Origin: Pirellulimonas nuda
Lineage (GTDB): Bacteria > Planctomycetota > Planctomycetia > Pirellulales > Lacipirellulaceae
Direction: 5' to 3'
Assembly (NCBI RefSeq): GCF_007750855.1
Contig: NZ_CP036291.1
Span: 5,180,905-5,244,904 of the forward strand
Length of the DNA stretch: 64,000 bases
Shown here: positions 63,778-64,000 of the stretch, piece after piece
How positions within the stretch are numbered: position 1 is the first letter of the stretch
How the letters are laid out: every line of letters starts with the position of its first letter
Notes under the pieces: generated by a model
Seen by the model: the letters and a program-made list of their open reading frames with translations, nothing else
Databases searched by the model: none
Told to the model about the DNA's origin: nothing
Program-made: the position numbers and the translations under genes

Positions 63778-63867
63778 CAGTAGCCGACGGGCTACGCCCC
63801 GTCCGGGCGCTTCGGTAGACGTGGAGCACCGAGCCACTCCGACGGGGCGTAGCCCGTCGGCTACTGG
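63778..63867. repeat. REP-like composite palindrome (two inverted CCAGTAGCCGACGGGCTACGCCCCGTCCGGG arms)
   Basis: Arm 63778..63808 pairs with arm 63839..63867. Same family as the elements at 32821, 35618 and 43181. Confidence 0.65.
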
Positions 63868-63909
63868 CCCTTGGCTCGCAGATAAGTCGCTAGCGGATAG
63901 CCACTCCGC

Positions 63910-64000
63910 TTAACGCGACTTGCTCATCGCTCCCTCGAGGTCGTCGCGTAGGTCTTCGAGCGCCTCGAGTCCTACGCTCAGGCGGATCAGCCCGTCGGCG
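63910..64000 (-). CDS. C-terminal fragment of a Cys/Met-metabolism PLP-dependent enzyme (cystathionine gamma-synthase/lyase-like); partial at the window edge
   Basis: Minus-strand translation ...ADGLIRLSVGLEALEDLRDDLEGAMSKSR* matches the conserved C-terminus of trans-sulfuration enzymes. Confidence 0.45.
   Translation of the reverse strand, partial: ADGLIRLSVGLEALEDLRDDLEGAMSKSR

Overview
High-GC (~68%) chromosomal segment that reads as Planctomycetes (Pirellula/Gemmata-like). Lineage markers are a DUF1501 + DUF1553/planctomycete-cytochrome pair, a DUF1559 prepilin-like protein with a carboxypeptidase-regulatory-like lipoprotein partner, and a PEP-CTERM protein with dockerin-like repeats. 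Most of the window is housekeeping and metabolic. There is a non-phosphorylative L-fucose operon (fucP, fuconate dehydratase, SDR, FAH hydrolase). Other genes: a PhoD-like phosphatase coupled to a GntP permease, apgM, lysC, pfk, ugd, an NfeD/flotillin pair, ldh, oleC-oleD, aspS, a Kv-like K+ channel, lpxI-lpxD, a SurA-like PPIase, panB, a ClC channel, and a stress-type cluster (ArsR, SRPBCC, three YciI paralogs, VOC, DUF1579, DUF899, ECF sigma factor). There are two tRNAs (Arg-ACG, Asn-GTT). I found no CRISPR array, no IS or transposase, and no classical defence genes. The most unusual structures are: (1) the tRNA-Asn locus, with a GIY-YIG nuclease gene, a degenerate downstream tRNA-Asn pseudo-copy and three tandem 78-bp upstream repeats that each carry a truncated tRNA-Asn 5' half; (2) a GxxExxY (PD-(D/E)XK-like) gene sitting between two perfect 29-bp inverted repeats; (3) a dispersed REP-like palindrome family (TAGCCGACGGG...CCCCGTCGG); (4) GGTTTTGTCC/GGACAAAACC inverted-repeat motifs clustered in two long noncoding stretches; (5) a PEP-CTERM protein with two retropepsin-like DTGA domains; (6) a tiny His-rich secreted-peptide gene with its own terminator upstream of an OprO/P porin. 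Many long antisense ORFs in the six-frame track are GC-driven artefacts and were ignored.
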